In this document: positions 1 through 11,123 of the stretch, in pieces
How the letters are laid out: every line of letters starts with the position of its first letter
Numbering within the stretch: position 1 is the stretch's first letter
Assembly: GCA_036377715.1 (NCBI GenBank)
Contig: DASUXW010000226.1
Location: 1,916-65,915, forward strand
Origin: Gemmatimonadales bacterium
GTDB lineage: Bacteria > Gemmatimonadota > Gemmatimonadetes > Gemmatimonadales > GWC2-71-9
DNA: 64,000 bases
Direction of reading: 5' to 3'
Notes under the pieces: generated by a model
Told to the model about the DNA's origin: nothing
Seen by the model: the letters and a program-made list of their open reading frames with translations, nothing else
Database searches by the model: none
Program-made: the position numbers and the translations under genes

Positions 1-265
1 AGTAGGACGTGACCATCGCCACGTCCGCATCGGCAAGCTCCGCGCGGGCGGTCGGCAGGGCGGTGTGCCAGTCGGGGTACAATACCAGACGGCCGCCGGG
101 GAGCTCGCTCAGGTCCCGGTGTGCCGCGTAGTAGGGAAGGTTCCGCTCGAAGAACACCACCCGGTGCCCCAGGGTGTTCAAGCCCCGGATGAGGCCGCGC
201 CAGAGGGTGGCGTGCCCGTTGCCCCAGGACGAGCTGACGGAAAGTCCGAAAACAACCAGCTTCAT
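1..265 (-). CDS. Glycosyltransferase, CgeB/GT1-like (N-terminal 88 codons; gene runs off the left edge)
   Basis: Not in the ORF track because it is edge-truncated. The reverse complement of 265..1 reads MKLVVFGLSVSSSWGNGHATLWRGLIRGLNTLGHRVVFFERNLPYYAAHRDLSELPGG... The SSSWGNGHA..RGL N-terminus is typical of this glycosyltransferase group. Track ORF 65..391(+) is its antisense shadow. Confidence 0.6.
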   Translation of the reverse strand, partial: MKLVVFGLSVSSSWGNGHATLWRGLIRGLNTLGHRVVFFERNLPYYAAHRDLSELPGGRLVLYPDWHTALPTARAELADADVAMVTSY

Positions 266-387
266 TTGATCCGTACGACTGCGGGTTTCGCCAACGTACT
301 TACGTTCTTCAAGCTTCACTTTCGCGCGCTCCGGAGGGATGCCCCACGTCACGCTGCGACTGTGCGGAGTGACCGGGCGGCTCACCC

Positions 388-1002
388 ATGACCTCGACCG
401 TCCTGCTGATCCGCCATGCCGCCTGCGACCACGTGGGGCGACGACTCGCCGGGCGCTCCCCGGGGGTGCACCTGAACCAGGAGGGCCGACGTGAGGCCGA
501 CGCCCTGGCGGGGGCTCTCGCCCGGCTGCCGCTCGAGGCGGTGTACAGCAGCCCCCTCGAGCGGGCCAGGGAGACCGCGTCGGCTCTCGGCAAACGCCTG
601 GATGTGCCGGTCGGCGTGGCCTCGGGCCTGAACGAGCTGGACTATGGGGACTGGACCGGTCGAAGCCTGGAATCGCTGGCCGACGACCCGGTCTGGCGGG
701 CGTACAACGCGTGTCGGAGCTCGACCCGGATTCCGGGCGGCGAGAGCATGGGGGAGGTGGTCGCCCGCGGAGCCGCGGAGCTCGAACGGATCAGACGCGC
801 GCACCCGGACGGTATGGTCGCCGCGGTGAGCCACGGCGATGTGATCCGGGCGCTCCTGCTGCATGCGATGGGCGCGTCGCTCGACCACATCCACCGGCTG
901 GAAGTCGCGCCGGCCTCGGTCAGCGTGCTCCGGCTGTTCGAGGATGCCTGGCAGGTCGTCACGACCGGGTGGATGGCAGGAGGGCCACTTCCACCGGGCT
1001 GA
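388..1002 (+). CDS. Histidine phosphatase family protein (phosphoglycerate mutase-like)
   Basis: ATG start. It has the LLIRHA...G catalytic RH(G/A) motif, SSPLERARETA, and a distal SHGDVIRALL histidine motif. Confidence 0.85.
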   Translation: MTSTVLLIRHAACDHVGRRLAGRSPGVHLNQEGRREADALAGALARLPLEAVYSSPLERARETASALGKRLDVPVGVASGLNELDYGDWTGRSLESLADDPVWRAYNACRSSTRIPGGESMGEVVARGAAELERIRRAHPDGMVAAVSHGDVIRALLLHAMGASLDHIHRLEVAPASVSVLRLFEDAWQVVTTGWMAGGPLPPG

Positions 1003-1130
1003 GCAGTTTCATGCACTCTGCATACGGTGTTGCCGGTTGAGGCGATACAACTGCGCGACCGGCAGCGCTGCTCCGCTGGAGCTCGCAGGCACTGAAATTG
1101 CTCGCTACAGGCCAACCCATCCCCATCGGC

Positions 1131-2900
1131 ATGTCACCCGCACATACCGCGCTTCCGATTCGGTCGCTCGAGTTCGTCCGTCCGTACCACCGCGCGCTCG
1201 CGGCGGTGCTCGCGCTCGCTTTGACGCTGGCCACCCTGAGCGCGCTCGATCCGCTGCTCATGAAGTTTCTTTTCGACCAGCTTGCCCAACCCGGTGGGGG
1301 GCATGGGTTCGCGGTCGGTATGGGGGCGCTGCTCGGCCTGGAGTTGCTCCGCGCGGTGCTCCAGTGGTGGCTCGGCGTCTGGAGCTGGGACGTCCGGCTG
1401 GGGGTGGAGTACGCCGTACGCGAGCGGGTGGTCGGGAAGCTCAATACCCTGCCCCTCGCGTTCCACGAGCGGGAGGGAGTTGGCGGCACCATCAGCCGCA
1501 TGAACCAGGCGATCACCGGCTACGTCGCGGCGTTCAGCGACCTCGCCTTCAATCTGCTCCCCACGGTCCTGTACCTGTGCCTGTCACTGATCGCGATGCT
1601 CCGGCTCGACTGGCGGCTGGCCTGCGTGGTGCTGGTGTTTACCCCGATTCCGGGCCTCATCGGCGCACGCGCGGCACCCGAGCAGATCACCCGCGAGCGC
1701 CGGCTGGTCGAGCGCTGGAGCTCGATCTACGGCCGGCTCAACGAGGTGCTGGCGGGGATGATGACCGTGAAGGGCTTCGGCATGGAGGACGCCGAGAAGC
1801 GGCGGTTCCTCCAGGGCGTGCGCGAGGGCAACGAGGTGGTGAGGCGCGGGGTGCGGGTGGACGGCGTGAACGGCGCGCTCCGGAATCTGGCCGCGACCTC
1901 GGCCCGGCTGGCCGCGCTCGGACTGGGAGGCTATCTCGCCTTCGAGGGGCAGATCGGCATGGGGACGCTGGTGGCGTTTCTCGGCTACATCGGCGGTCTC
2001 TTCGGCCCGGTTCAGGGGCTCACCAACACCTACCAGACGCTGCGCAAGGCGACGGTCTCGCTCGAAATCATCTACGGGATTCTGGACGCGGAGGACAGTG
2101 TGGCCGACAGCCCGGATGCCGCGCCGGTGGCACCGCTCCGCGGTGACGTCCAGTTCAGCGGGGTGGAGTTCGCGTACAAGCCGGGGGTCCCGGTGCTGCA
2201 CGGGATCGACCTGAGCGTACGCCCCGGCGAGACCGTGGCGCTGGTGGGGCCGAGCGGCAGCGGCAAGTCCACCCTGGTGACCCTGCTCCAGCGGCTGCAC
2301 CCGGTCTCGGCGGGCTCGATCCGGATCGACGGCATCGACATTCGCTCGATGACCCAGCGGTCGCTCCGGGGCCAGCTCGGCGCCGTGTTCCAGGATCCGC
2401 ACCTGTTCAACGATACCGTGCGCGCCAACATCGCCTATGGCCGGCCCGAGGCCGCTCAGGAGCAGATCGAGGCCGCGGCGCGAGCGGCGCAGGCGCATGA
2501 CTTCATCGGGAGCCTGCCGGAAGGGTACGACACGATGATCTACGAGCGGGGCACGCGGCTCTCGGGCGGCCAGCGGCAGCGCATCGCGATCGCCCGCGCG
2601 CTGCTCAAGGATCCGCCCATCCTGATACTCGACGAGGCCACGTCGGCGCTCGACGGCGAGTCGGAGTATCTGATCCAGCTCGCGCTGCGACGGCTGCTGC
2701 AGGGTCGCACCGCATTCGTGATCGCCCACCGACTCTCGACGGTCCGGGACGCCGACCGGATCGTGGTCATCGACGGGGGCCGCATCGTCGAGACCGGCAC
2801 CCACGACGAGCTCTGCGCCCAGCGCGGGTATTACGCCTCGCTGGTCGAGCGGCAGCGACTCGGATTTCTGGGGGAGCCGGAGGCGGGGAGGGCGGCGTAG
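1131..2900 (+). CDS. ABC exporter, fused permease/ATPase (MsbA/ABCB-type)
   Basis: The N-terminal half has six predicted TM segments. Walker A is GPSGSGKST, the signature is [15 protein letters not shown], and Walker B is ILILDEATSALD. I chose the internal ATG (MSPAHT...) as the start; the track ORF begins at 1098. Confidence 0.9.
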   Translation: MSPAHTALPIRSLEFVRPYHRALAAVLALALTLATLSALDPLLMKFLFDQLAQPGGGHGFAVGMGALLGLELLRAVLQWWLGVWSWDVRLGVEYAVRERVVGKLNTLPLAFHEREGVGGTISRMNQAITGYVAAFSDLAFNLLPTVLYLCLSLIAMLRLDWRLACVVLVFTPIPGLIGARAAPEQITRERRLVERWSSIYGRLNEVLAGMMTVKGFGMEDAEKRRFLQGVREGNEVVRRGVRVDGVNGALRNLAATSARLAALGLGGYLAFEGQIGMGTLVAFLGYIGGLFGPVQGLTNTYQTLRKATVSLEIIYGILDAEDSVADSPDAAPVAPLRGDVQFSGVEFAYKPGVPVLHGIDLSVRPGETVALVGPSGSGKSTLVTLLQRLHPVSAGSIRIDGIDIRSMTQRSLRGQLGAVFQDPHLFNDTVRANIAYGRPEAAQEQIEAAARAAQAHDFIGSLPEGYDTMIYERGTRLSGGQRQRIAIARALLKDPPILILDEATSALDGESEYLIQLALRRLLQGRTAFVIAHRLSTVRDADRIVVIDGGRIVETGTHDELCAQRGYYASLVERQRLGFLGEPEAGRAA

Positions 2901-2901
2901 G

Positions 2902-2989
2902 GGACAGACGGACAGACGGACAGACGGGCGGACGGTAGAAGCACACCCCACGGTGTGCCGTTTCCGTCCGCCCGTCTGTCCGTCTGTCC
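2902..2989. repeat. Long imperfect hairpin with arms made of tandem 8-mers (GGACAGAC x3 + GGGCGGACGG / complement), plus an inner 7-bp hairpin GCACACC-CCAC-GGTGTGC. Likely a bidirectional terminator or REP-like element.
   Basis: It fills the entire spacer between the convergent stops at 2900(+) and 2991(-). The left arm ggacagacggacagacggacagacgggcggacgg pairs with the right arm ccgtccgcccgtctgtccgtctgtcc. Confidence 0.75.
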
Positions 2990-2990
2990 G

Positions 2991-3518
2991 TTACTCCTCC
3001 AGCCCCGTAAACGCGGGCACGTTCGCCAGCCAGAATCCGGCGAGCCCGCCCTGCTGATCTACTTCCACGTAGAAATTGTCGGCCACGCGGACCACTTCGA
3101 CGGCGCGGCGGGGGCCGATGCGGAGGTGGAAGACGCTCTCGGCGGCGTTGGTTTCGACCGACAGGGTCGTGTCTACCTCGACCGAGGCCACGCCCGGGCG
3201 CGAGGGCCGGGACGGCAGCACCACGCGGCCCACGGTGAGCTGGGCCGGGACCTCGAGCGTGGCGCTGGTGGTCACCTCGGGCCAGACCACCACGTCCAAC
3301 CCGCAGATGACCCCGTTGTTGACGTCCAGCACCGCCACCGAGCCCTCGGCGTCGGTGAGCTCGACGGTGCCGGTGAGACCGCCGGTCTTGCGGTTGCCCT
3401 TGAACGCCCCCGAGAGGATATCGGTCTCGGGATCCCACCGCCAGCCGATGGAGGGGAGGCTCCCCGTCAGCGGCTCGACCCGCGCCTCGACGCTCACGCT
3501 CTGCGCCTCAGGCGGCAC
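2991..3518 (-). CDS. Hypothetical protein (175 aa)
   Basis: GTG start overlaps the stop of the upstream aminotransferase by 11 nt. Amino-acid composition is ordinary and GC3 is high. I recognise no domain. Confidence 0.65.
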   Translation of the reverse strand: MPPEAQSVSVEARVEPLTGSLPSIGWRWDPETDILSGAFKGNRKTGGLTGTVELTDAEGSVAVLDVNNGVICGLDVVVWPEVTTSATLEVPAQLTVGRVVLPSRPSRPGVASVEVDTTLSVETNAAESVFHLRIGPRRAVEVVRVADNFYVEVDQQGGLAGFWLANVPAFTGLEE

Positions 3519-4719
3519 GGGCCGACGCCAGGCGGTGGATCAGTCCGAAGATCCGATCCAGCGCCCGCTCCAGTTCCCCATCGGAGACCGCGTAGCTGAG
3601 CCGGACCCAGCGGTCGTCCGCGAACGCGCCGCCGGGCACCAGGGCGACGCCCTCCTGCTTCATCAACTGCTCGCAGAATGCCGTACCGGTGATCGGGTCC
3701 TGTTCCCGGATGCCGTCCACCCGGAAGAAGAAGTAGAAGGCGCCGTGGGGCTCGACGAATTCCACGCCGGGCGCGTCGCGGCGGAACCGATCGACGAGCA
3801 GATCGCGCCGGCGGCGGAACGCGGCCACCATCCGGGTGACCTCCGCGTCCACCTTCTCGTCCGTAAACGCCGTGGCGGCCGCCCACATCGCCGGCTGATT
3901 GGCGCCCGTCGTGGTGTGCGACTGGAGCGCGGCCATCGCCTTGGTGAGGTGCGGCGGGGCCAGTGCCGCCCCGATGCGCCAACCGGTCATCGCGTAGGCC
4001 TTGCTGGCGCCGTAGATGACGACCACGCGCTCGAGCAGGTCGTCCGGGAGATCGAGCAGCGACGGCGCGGGGCCCGGGCCATAGTTGATGCGGCGATAGA
4101 TCTCGTCCGAGATGATCCACACGTCGTTCGCCTTGGCCCATTCGGCGATGGAGCGCAGCTCGGCGAGCGTATAGACGGCCCCCGTGGGATTGCAGGGCGA
4201 GCAGAGGATGAGCCCCCGCGTGGCCTTGTTGCTGGCCCGGTCCAGGTCGCGTGCGCTCACCTTGAGCCCCCACTCGAGGTCGCCGGGCACCAACACCGGC
4301 TCGGCGCGCGAGAGGTGGACGATCTGCGGGTAGGACACCCAGGCGGGTGCGGGGATCAGCACCCGGTCCTTGGGACCGAACAGGGTGAAGCAGGCGTTGA
4401 AGATCGACTGCTTCGACCCGGAGCTCACGATGATGTGGTCGGGATCCACCGCCCGGCCGCCGGACATGCGGCTCAAATTCTGGGCGATGGCCTTCCGCAG
4501 CTCGGCGATCCCGACATTCGGAGGATAGCGCGTGAGCCCCTTCTGGATCGCCTGGATGCCGGCCTGCGCGGCCGGCGCCGGCGTATCGAAGTCGGGCTCG
4601 CCGACGCCGAGATCGAGCACGTCCTCGCCCGCGGCCTTCCGCCGCTTGGCCTCATTGCTGATGGCGACCGTCTCGGAGGCCTTGAGATTCTGTACGTTGA
4701 TGGAAAGCGGGTCGGGCAT
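3508..4719 (-). CDS. Pyridoxal-phosphate-dependent aminotransferase, class I (aspartate aminotransferase-like)
   Basis: This is the C-terminal 403 codons of the 1309-aa track ORF, starting at MPDPLSINVQNLKASETVAISNEAKRRKAAGEDVLDLGVGEPDFDTP. The PLP-lysine motif is YGASKAYAMTGWRIG. The upstream 900 codons of the track ORF are an Arg/Gly/Pro-rich artefact. Confidence 0.9.
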   Translation of the reverse strand: MPDPLSINVQNLKASETVAISNEAKRRKAAGEDVLDLGVGEPDFDTPAPAAQAGIQAIQKGLTRYPPNVGIAELRKAIAQNLSRMSGGRAVDPDHIIVSSGSKQSIFNACFTLFGPKDRVLIPAPAWVSYPQIVHLSRAEPVLVPGDLEWGLKVSARDLDRASNKATRGLILCSPCNPTGAVYTLAELRSIAEWAKANDVWIISDEIYRRINYGPGPAPSLLDLPDDLLERVVVIYGASKAYAMTGWRIGAALAPPHLTKAMAALQSHTTTGANQPAMWAAATAFTDEKVDAEVTRMVAAFRRRRDLLVDRFRRDAPGVEFVEPHGAFYFFFRVDGIREQDPITGTAFCEQLMKQEGVALVPGGAFADDRWVRLSYAVSDGELERALDRIFGLIHRLASARAA

Positions 4720-4875
4720 GCGCGGGTCCGAAGCGAAGGTGCGATGTGAGGGAAAGTCGGGGGAAAGGTCAAGCCCCAACAAGTCGATGTCAACTGCCGA
4801 GCCGGCCGCTGCATTGCCCGCGCGACCCGGCGCTCTTAGGTTGGCGGGTTCGTATCTCCGACCCTCGAGGGAGCC

Positions 4876-6330
4876 GTGGCCGGCTTCGAAGATCTGCACC
4901 TCTCGCCACCGATCGCCGCCGCGCTCGAGCACCTGGGCTGGAGCCCGGACGACCCGCTCGTGCGTGAGGCCGCGCCGAGCGCCGCGCGCGGCCACAATCT
5001 GGCGCTGGTGCTCCCGCCCTGCCCCGCGGCGGCAACGCCGGCGCTGGCCGGCTTGCTCAGCCGGCTCGGTGAGGGCGCCGCCGGCCTGGTGCTCGCGCCG
5101 GCGGGGCAGCTCGACGAGTGGGGCCGCGTGGTCCACCACGTCGCCGGCCGTGCGGCGCCGCGGGTGCAGGTGGCGCACGGCACCGCCCGCGCCACCCGGC
5201 GTCTGCGCGACGCCGCGGTGGACCTCCTGCTGGCCACCCCGGAAACCGCGCTCTCGCTCCAGCGCCGCTCCGCCCTCCGTGCGGAAGCGTTCGCGTGGGT
5301 GGTGCTCGCCTGGCCGGAGGAATGGGAGGACGAGGAAAGCCTCGCCCCGCTCATGCAGGATCTGAAAGAGGCCCAGCGAGTGGTGCTGACGGCGATCCCG
5401 GAGCAGGCCGCCGGCCTGGTCGAGCGCTACGCCCGGCGGGCGCTCACCCTGGGCGCGACGGGCGCGCCGCCGGAGCCCGCGGGACCGGTTCGGACGGTCA
5501 GCGTGCCGTGGGGCCGCCGGGTAGCCGCGCTCCCCGATCTGCTCGAGCTGCTCGATCCGGCCACGGTGGCCGTGTGGACGGTGGACCGCGGCTACCACGA
5601 GGCGATCGCGGCTGCCGCGGCGCTGCGCGCCCCCGAGGGCGTCGTCGTCACGGGCGATGCCCCCACGGCCCAGGTCGTGGTCGCGTTCGACCTCCCCGAC
5701 GCGGCCCGGCTCCGCCAGCTCACCGGCGCGGGCGCGGTGGTCCTGCTGGTGCCGCCGGGCACGGAGCGGTATGTGGAGCGCATCGCGTCGCCCCGGCGGC
5801 CGATCCGGCTTCCCGGCGCGCTCGACGCGGCCACCACCCTCGCCGCGGCACGGCGCGCGGCGATCGTACGCACGCTGGAGACCACCGCGCCCGAGCGGGC
5901 GCTCCTCACCCTGGCACCGCTGTTCGAGCGGCATGACCCCGCCACCGTCGCCGCGGCGCTGTTCGAGCTCTGGACTACGGCGGCGGGCGCCGCCGCGCCG
6001 GCCCCGATCCCGGATATCCCGGCCACCGCACGCGTCTATGTCGCGATCGGCCGGAAGGACGGCGCCACGGTCAACGATCTCGTCGCGGTCCTCACCAAGG
6101 AGGTGGGCGTGGAGCGCGGGAAGATCGGCCGGGTGGACCTGCGCGACGCCTTTGCGCTGGTCGAGGTGCCGGCGCAGGAGGCCGAGCGCATCGCCTCGTC
6201 GCTCAACGGCACCACGATTCGCCGGCGCCGGATCAGCGCCCGGGTGGATCGCGGCGGACCGCCGCGCCCGTCGGGAGCGCGAGCGGGGGCTCCGCGCCGG
6301 GGACCGCGCCCGCCGCCCGAGACCCGCTAG
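4876..6330 (+). CDS. DEAD-box helicase-like protein with C-terminal DbpA-type RNA-binding domain; catalytic motifs degenerate
   Basis: GTG start. The N-terminus FEDLHLSPPIAAALEHLGW resembles the DEAD-box Q-motif region. The C-terminus ARVYVAIGRKDGATVNDLVAVLTKEVGVERGKIGRVDLRDAFALVEVP matches the DbpA RBD pattern. Walker A, DEAD, SAT and HRIGRTGR are all absent (see finding). Confidence 0.75.
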   Translation: MAGFEDLHLSPPIAAALEHLGWSPDDPLVREAAPSAARGHNLALVLPPCPAAATPALAGLLSRLGEGAAGLVLAPAGQLDEWGRVVHHVAGRAAPRVQVAHGTARATRRLRDAAVDLLLATPETALSLQRRSALRAEAFAWVVLAWPEEWEDEESLAPLMQDLKEAQRVVLTAIPEQAAGLVERYARRALTLGATGAPPEPAGPVRTVSVPWGRRVAALPDLLELLDPATVAVWTVDRGYHEAIAAAAALRAPEGVVVTGDAPTAQVVVAFDLPDAARLRQLTGAGAVVLLVPPGTERYVERIASPRRPIRLPGALDAATTLAAARRAAIVRTLETTAPERALLTLAPLFERHDPATVAAALFELWTTAAGAAAPAPIPDIPATARVYVAIGRKDGATVNDLVAVLTKEVGVERGKIGRVDLRDAFALVEVPAQEAERIASSLNGTTIRRRRISARVDRGGPPRPSGARAGAPRRGPRPPPETR

Positions 6331-6381
6331 ATTCTCCTTCCCCTCCCCCAAAAGCAGCGCACGCGACAGCGGAGCAATGGG

Positions 6382-6987
6382 ATGAACTACGGGTCCCACC
6401 CGGGCTGGATCGAGGTGATCGGCGGGGTCATGTTCTCGGGCAAGAGCGAGGAGCTCATCCGGCGGGTGCGGCGCGCCATCATCGCGCGGCGGCGGGTGCA
6501 GGTGTTCAAGTCCCATCTCGACCGGCGCTACACCGGGCTGTACGCGGTGTCGAGCCATGACGGCACCGAGCTGGAAGCCTCGCCCGTCGACTCGGCGGCC
6601 GAGATCTTCCGGCTGGTCCGCTCGGATACCCAGCTCGTGGCCATCGACGAGGCCCAGTTCCTCGATCCCGACATCGTGACCGTCGCCACCCTGCTGGCCG
6701 GCCGCGGCGTGCGGGTGATCCTCGCGGGTGTAGACACCGATTTCCGCGGCGAGCCGTTCGGCTCGATGGGCGAGCTGATGGCGATGGCGGAGATGGTGGA
6801 CAAGCTGCATGCGATCTGCGTGGTCTGCGGCGACCCCGCCTGCCGCAATCAGCGGCTGCTCGACGGCAAGCCCGCCCGCTACGACTCCCCCACCATCATG
6901 GTGGGCGGCCGCGAGAGCTACGAGGCCCGCTGCCGCCACTGCCACAAGGTGCCGCGGCGGGACGAGGACCAGACCCTGCTCTTGTGA
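6382..6987 (+). CDS. tdk: Thymidine kinase
   Basis: P-loop [15 protein letters not shown], the VAIDEAQF motif, and the C-terminal zinc motif CVVCG...CRHCH. Confidence 0.95.
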   Translation: MNYGSHPGWIEVIGGVMFSGKSEELIRRVRRAIIARRRVQVFKSHLDRRYTGLYAVSSHDGTELEASPVDSAAEIFRLVRSDTQLVAIDEAQFLDPDIVTVATLLAGRGVRVILAGVDTDFRGEPFGSMGELMAMAEMVDKLHAICVVCGDPACRNQRLLDGKPARYDSPTIMVGGRESYEARCRHCHKVPRRDEDQTLLL

Positions 6988-6999
6988 GGCGCGCCGCTG

Positions 7000-7599
7000 A
7001 TGCTCAATGTCGGCCTGACCGGGAACATCGCGGCCGGCAAATCGGCCGTCGCCGAGCTGTTCCGCGGCTGGGGGGCGACGATCATCGACGCCGACCGGTT
7101 GACCCGGGAGGTCCAGACGCCGGGAAGCCCCGTCCTGCGCGAGATCGCGACCCGGTTCGGTGGCGACGTCCTCGGTCCCGACGGTACGCTCGACCGGCCG
7201 GCGCTCCGTCGGCGCGTCATGGCCGACCCCGCAGCGCTCGCCGAGCTCAACCGGATCGTCCACCCGGCCGTCTACCGACGGCGCGCCGAGCTCCTCGCGG
7301 AGGCCCGGGCACGGGGTGACCGGATCGTCGTGAGCGACATTCCCCTGCTGTTCGAGGCCGCCGATCCGGCGGAGTTCGACGCCATCGTGCTGGTGGACGC
7401 GCCCGAGACGGTGCGCCGCGACCGACTGATGACGCATCGCGGCCTCTCGGCCGAGGAGGCCGGCCGGATGATCGCGGCCCAGGCGCCGAGCGGCCCGAAG
7501 CGCGCCCGCAGCACGTTCGTCATCGACAACGACGGCGACCTCCCCATGCTCGAGGCACAGGCCCGCGCGGTGTGGGACCGGCTCGTGGCCCGCGCTTGA
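7000..7599 (+). CDS. coaE: Dephospho-CoA kinase
   Basis: N-terminal VGLTGNIAAGKS P-loop, IIDADRL, and HPAV motifs. The length (199 aa) is typical. Confidence 0.9.
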   Translation: MLNVGLTGNIAAGKSAVAELFRGWGATIIDADRLTREVQTPGSPVLREIATRFGGDVLGPDGTLDRPALRRRVMADPAALAELNRIVHPAVYRRRAELLAEARARGDRIVVSDIPLLFEAADPAEFDAIVLVDAPETVRRDRLMTHRGLSAEEAGRMIAAQAPSGPKRARSTFVIDNDGDLPMLEAQARAVWDRLVARA

Positions 7600-7654
7600 C
7601 CCCGCCCCGAACCCCGCCTATCCTCCCACGCGCCACCCCAGCCCCGAGCCTCCC

Positions 7655-8044
7655 GTGTCGAACGTTCCGGACGAGCTGGCCTACACTCCCGAGCACGAAT
7701 ACGTCGCCAAGACCGATCAGGACGGTGTCGTTCGCATCGGCATCACCGACTACGCCCAGGGTGAGCTGGGCGACGTCGTGTTCGTAAGCCTGCCCAAGCG
7801 GGGCGAGCGGCTCGACTCCCACCAATCGTTCGGCACCATCGAGGCGGTCAAGGCGGTCTCCGAGCTGTACAGCCCGATTGCCGGCGAGGTGGTGGAAGTG
7901 AACGGCGCGCTCGACGGCGATCCGGCGGCGGTCAACCGCGACCCGTACGGAGCAGGATGGATGATCGAGGTCCGAGTGGCGGACGCCGCGGCGCTCGACG
8001 GCCTGCTGTCGCCGTCGGCGTACCGGAAGCACATCGGGGAGTGA
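7655..8044 (+). CDS. gcvH: Glycine cleavage system H protein
   Basis: YTPEHEYV...[16 protein letters not shown]...[13 protein letters not shown] contains the lipoyl-lysine motif E(A/S)VK. Length is 129 aa. Confidence 0.95.
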   Translation: MSNVPDELAYTPEHEYVAKTDQDGVVRIGITDYAQGELGDVVFVSLPKRGERLDSHQSFGTIEAVKAVSELYSPIAGEVVEVNGALDGDPAAVNRDPYGAGWMIEVRVADAAALDGLLSPSAYRKHIGE

Positions 8045-8071
8045 CACCGATGCGGCTGCCGTCGTTCGATA

Positions 8072-8099
8072 CCCCGGGACAGCGGTCTCGGGGTTTTTT
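8072..8099 (+). terminator. Canonical Rho-independent terminator or attenuator between gcvH and gcvP
   Basis: CCCCGGGAC-AGCG-GUCUCGGGG forms a 9-bp stem with one G-U pair, followed by UUUUUU. This is rare in a 70% GC sequence. Confidence 0.8.
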
Positions 8100-8126
8100 C
8101 ATTCACGTGAGGAGTTCGCTGTTCCG

Positions 8127-11030
<2,904 letters not shown>

Positions 11031-11123
11031 GGCGGACCGGCGGACCGGCGGACGCGGGGACCGAGTCACCCTGAGCGGAGCCGCGTGGGGAGTGACTTCC
11101 GTCCGCCTGTCCGCCCGTCCGCC
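11031..11123. repeat. Long hairpin with tandem 8-mer arms (GGCGGACC x2-3 / GTCCGCCN x3) and an inner AGTCAC...GTGACT hairpin
   Basis: It fills the whole 93-nt spacer from the gcvP stop to the ATG of the next gene. The arms match at about 21 of 23 positions. It shares the GGGCGGACGG / CCGTCCGCCC core with the 2902..2989 element. Confidence 0.7.

Noticed and set aside
65-391. Plus-strand ORF 65..391 (108 aa).
   Set aside because: It is antisense to the clear glycosyltransferase N-terminus (1..265, minus strand), and the rest runs through the promoter region of the histidine phosphatase gene. Its composition is unconvincing.
4720-7437. The 1309-aa minus-strand ORF (3508..7437), plus other very long ORFs antisense to real genes: 1584..2951(-), 9561..11858(-), 35513..38572(+), 43575..45506(-), 59953..62148(-) and 11663..13684(-).
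   Set aside because: Their translations are Arg/Gly/Pro/Ala-rich low-complexity sequence, typical of off-frame or antisense reading in 70% GC DNA. They overlap genes with clear family signatures (tdk, coaE, gcvP, GH2, helicase, kinase). Only the 3508..4719 part of the first ORF, the aminotransferase, is real.
7600-8126. Glycine riboswitch upstream of gcvH or gcvP.
   Set aside because: The leaders are only about 55 and 82 nt, and I could not see the conserved glycine-aptamer core by eye. The second leader is explained by an intrinsic terminator. Infernal is needed to be certain.
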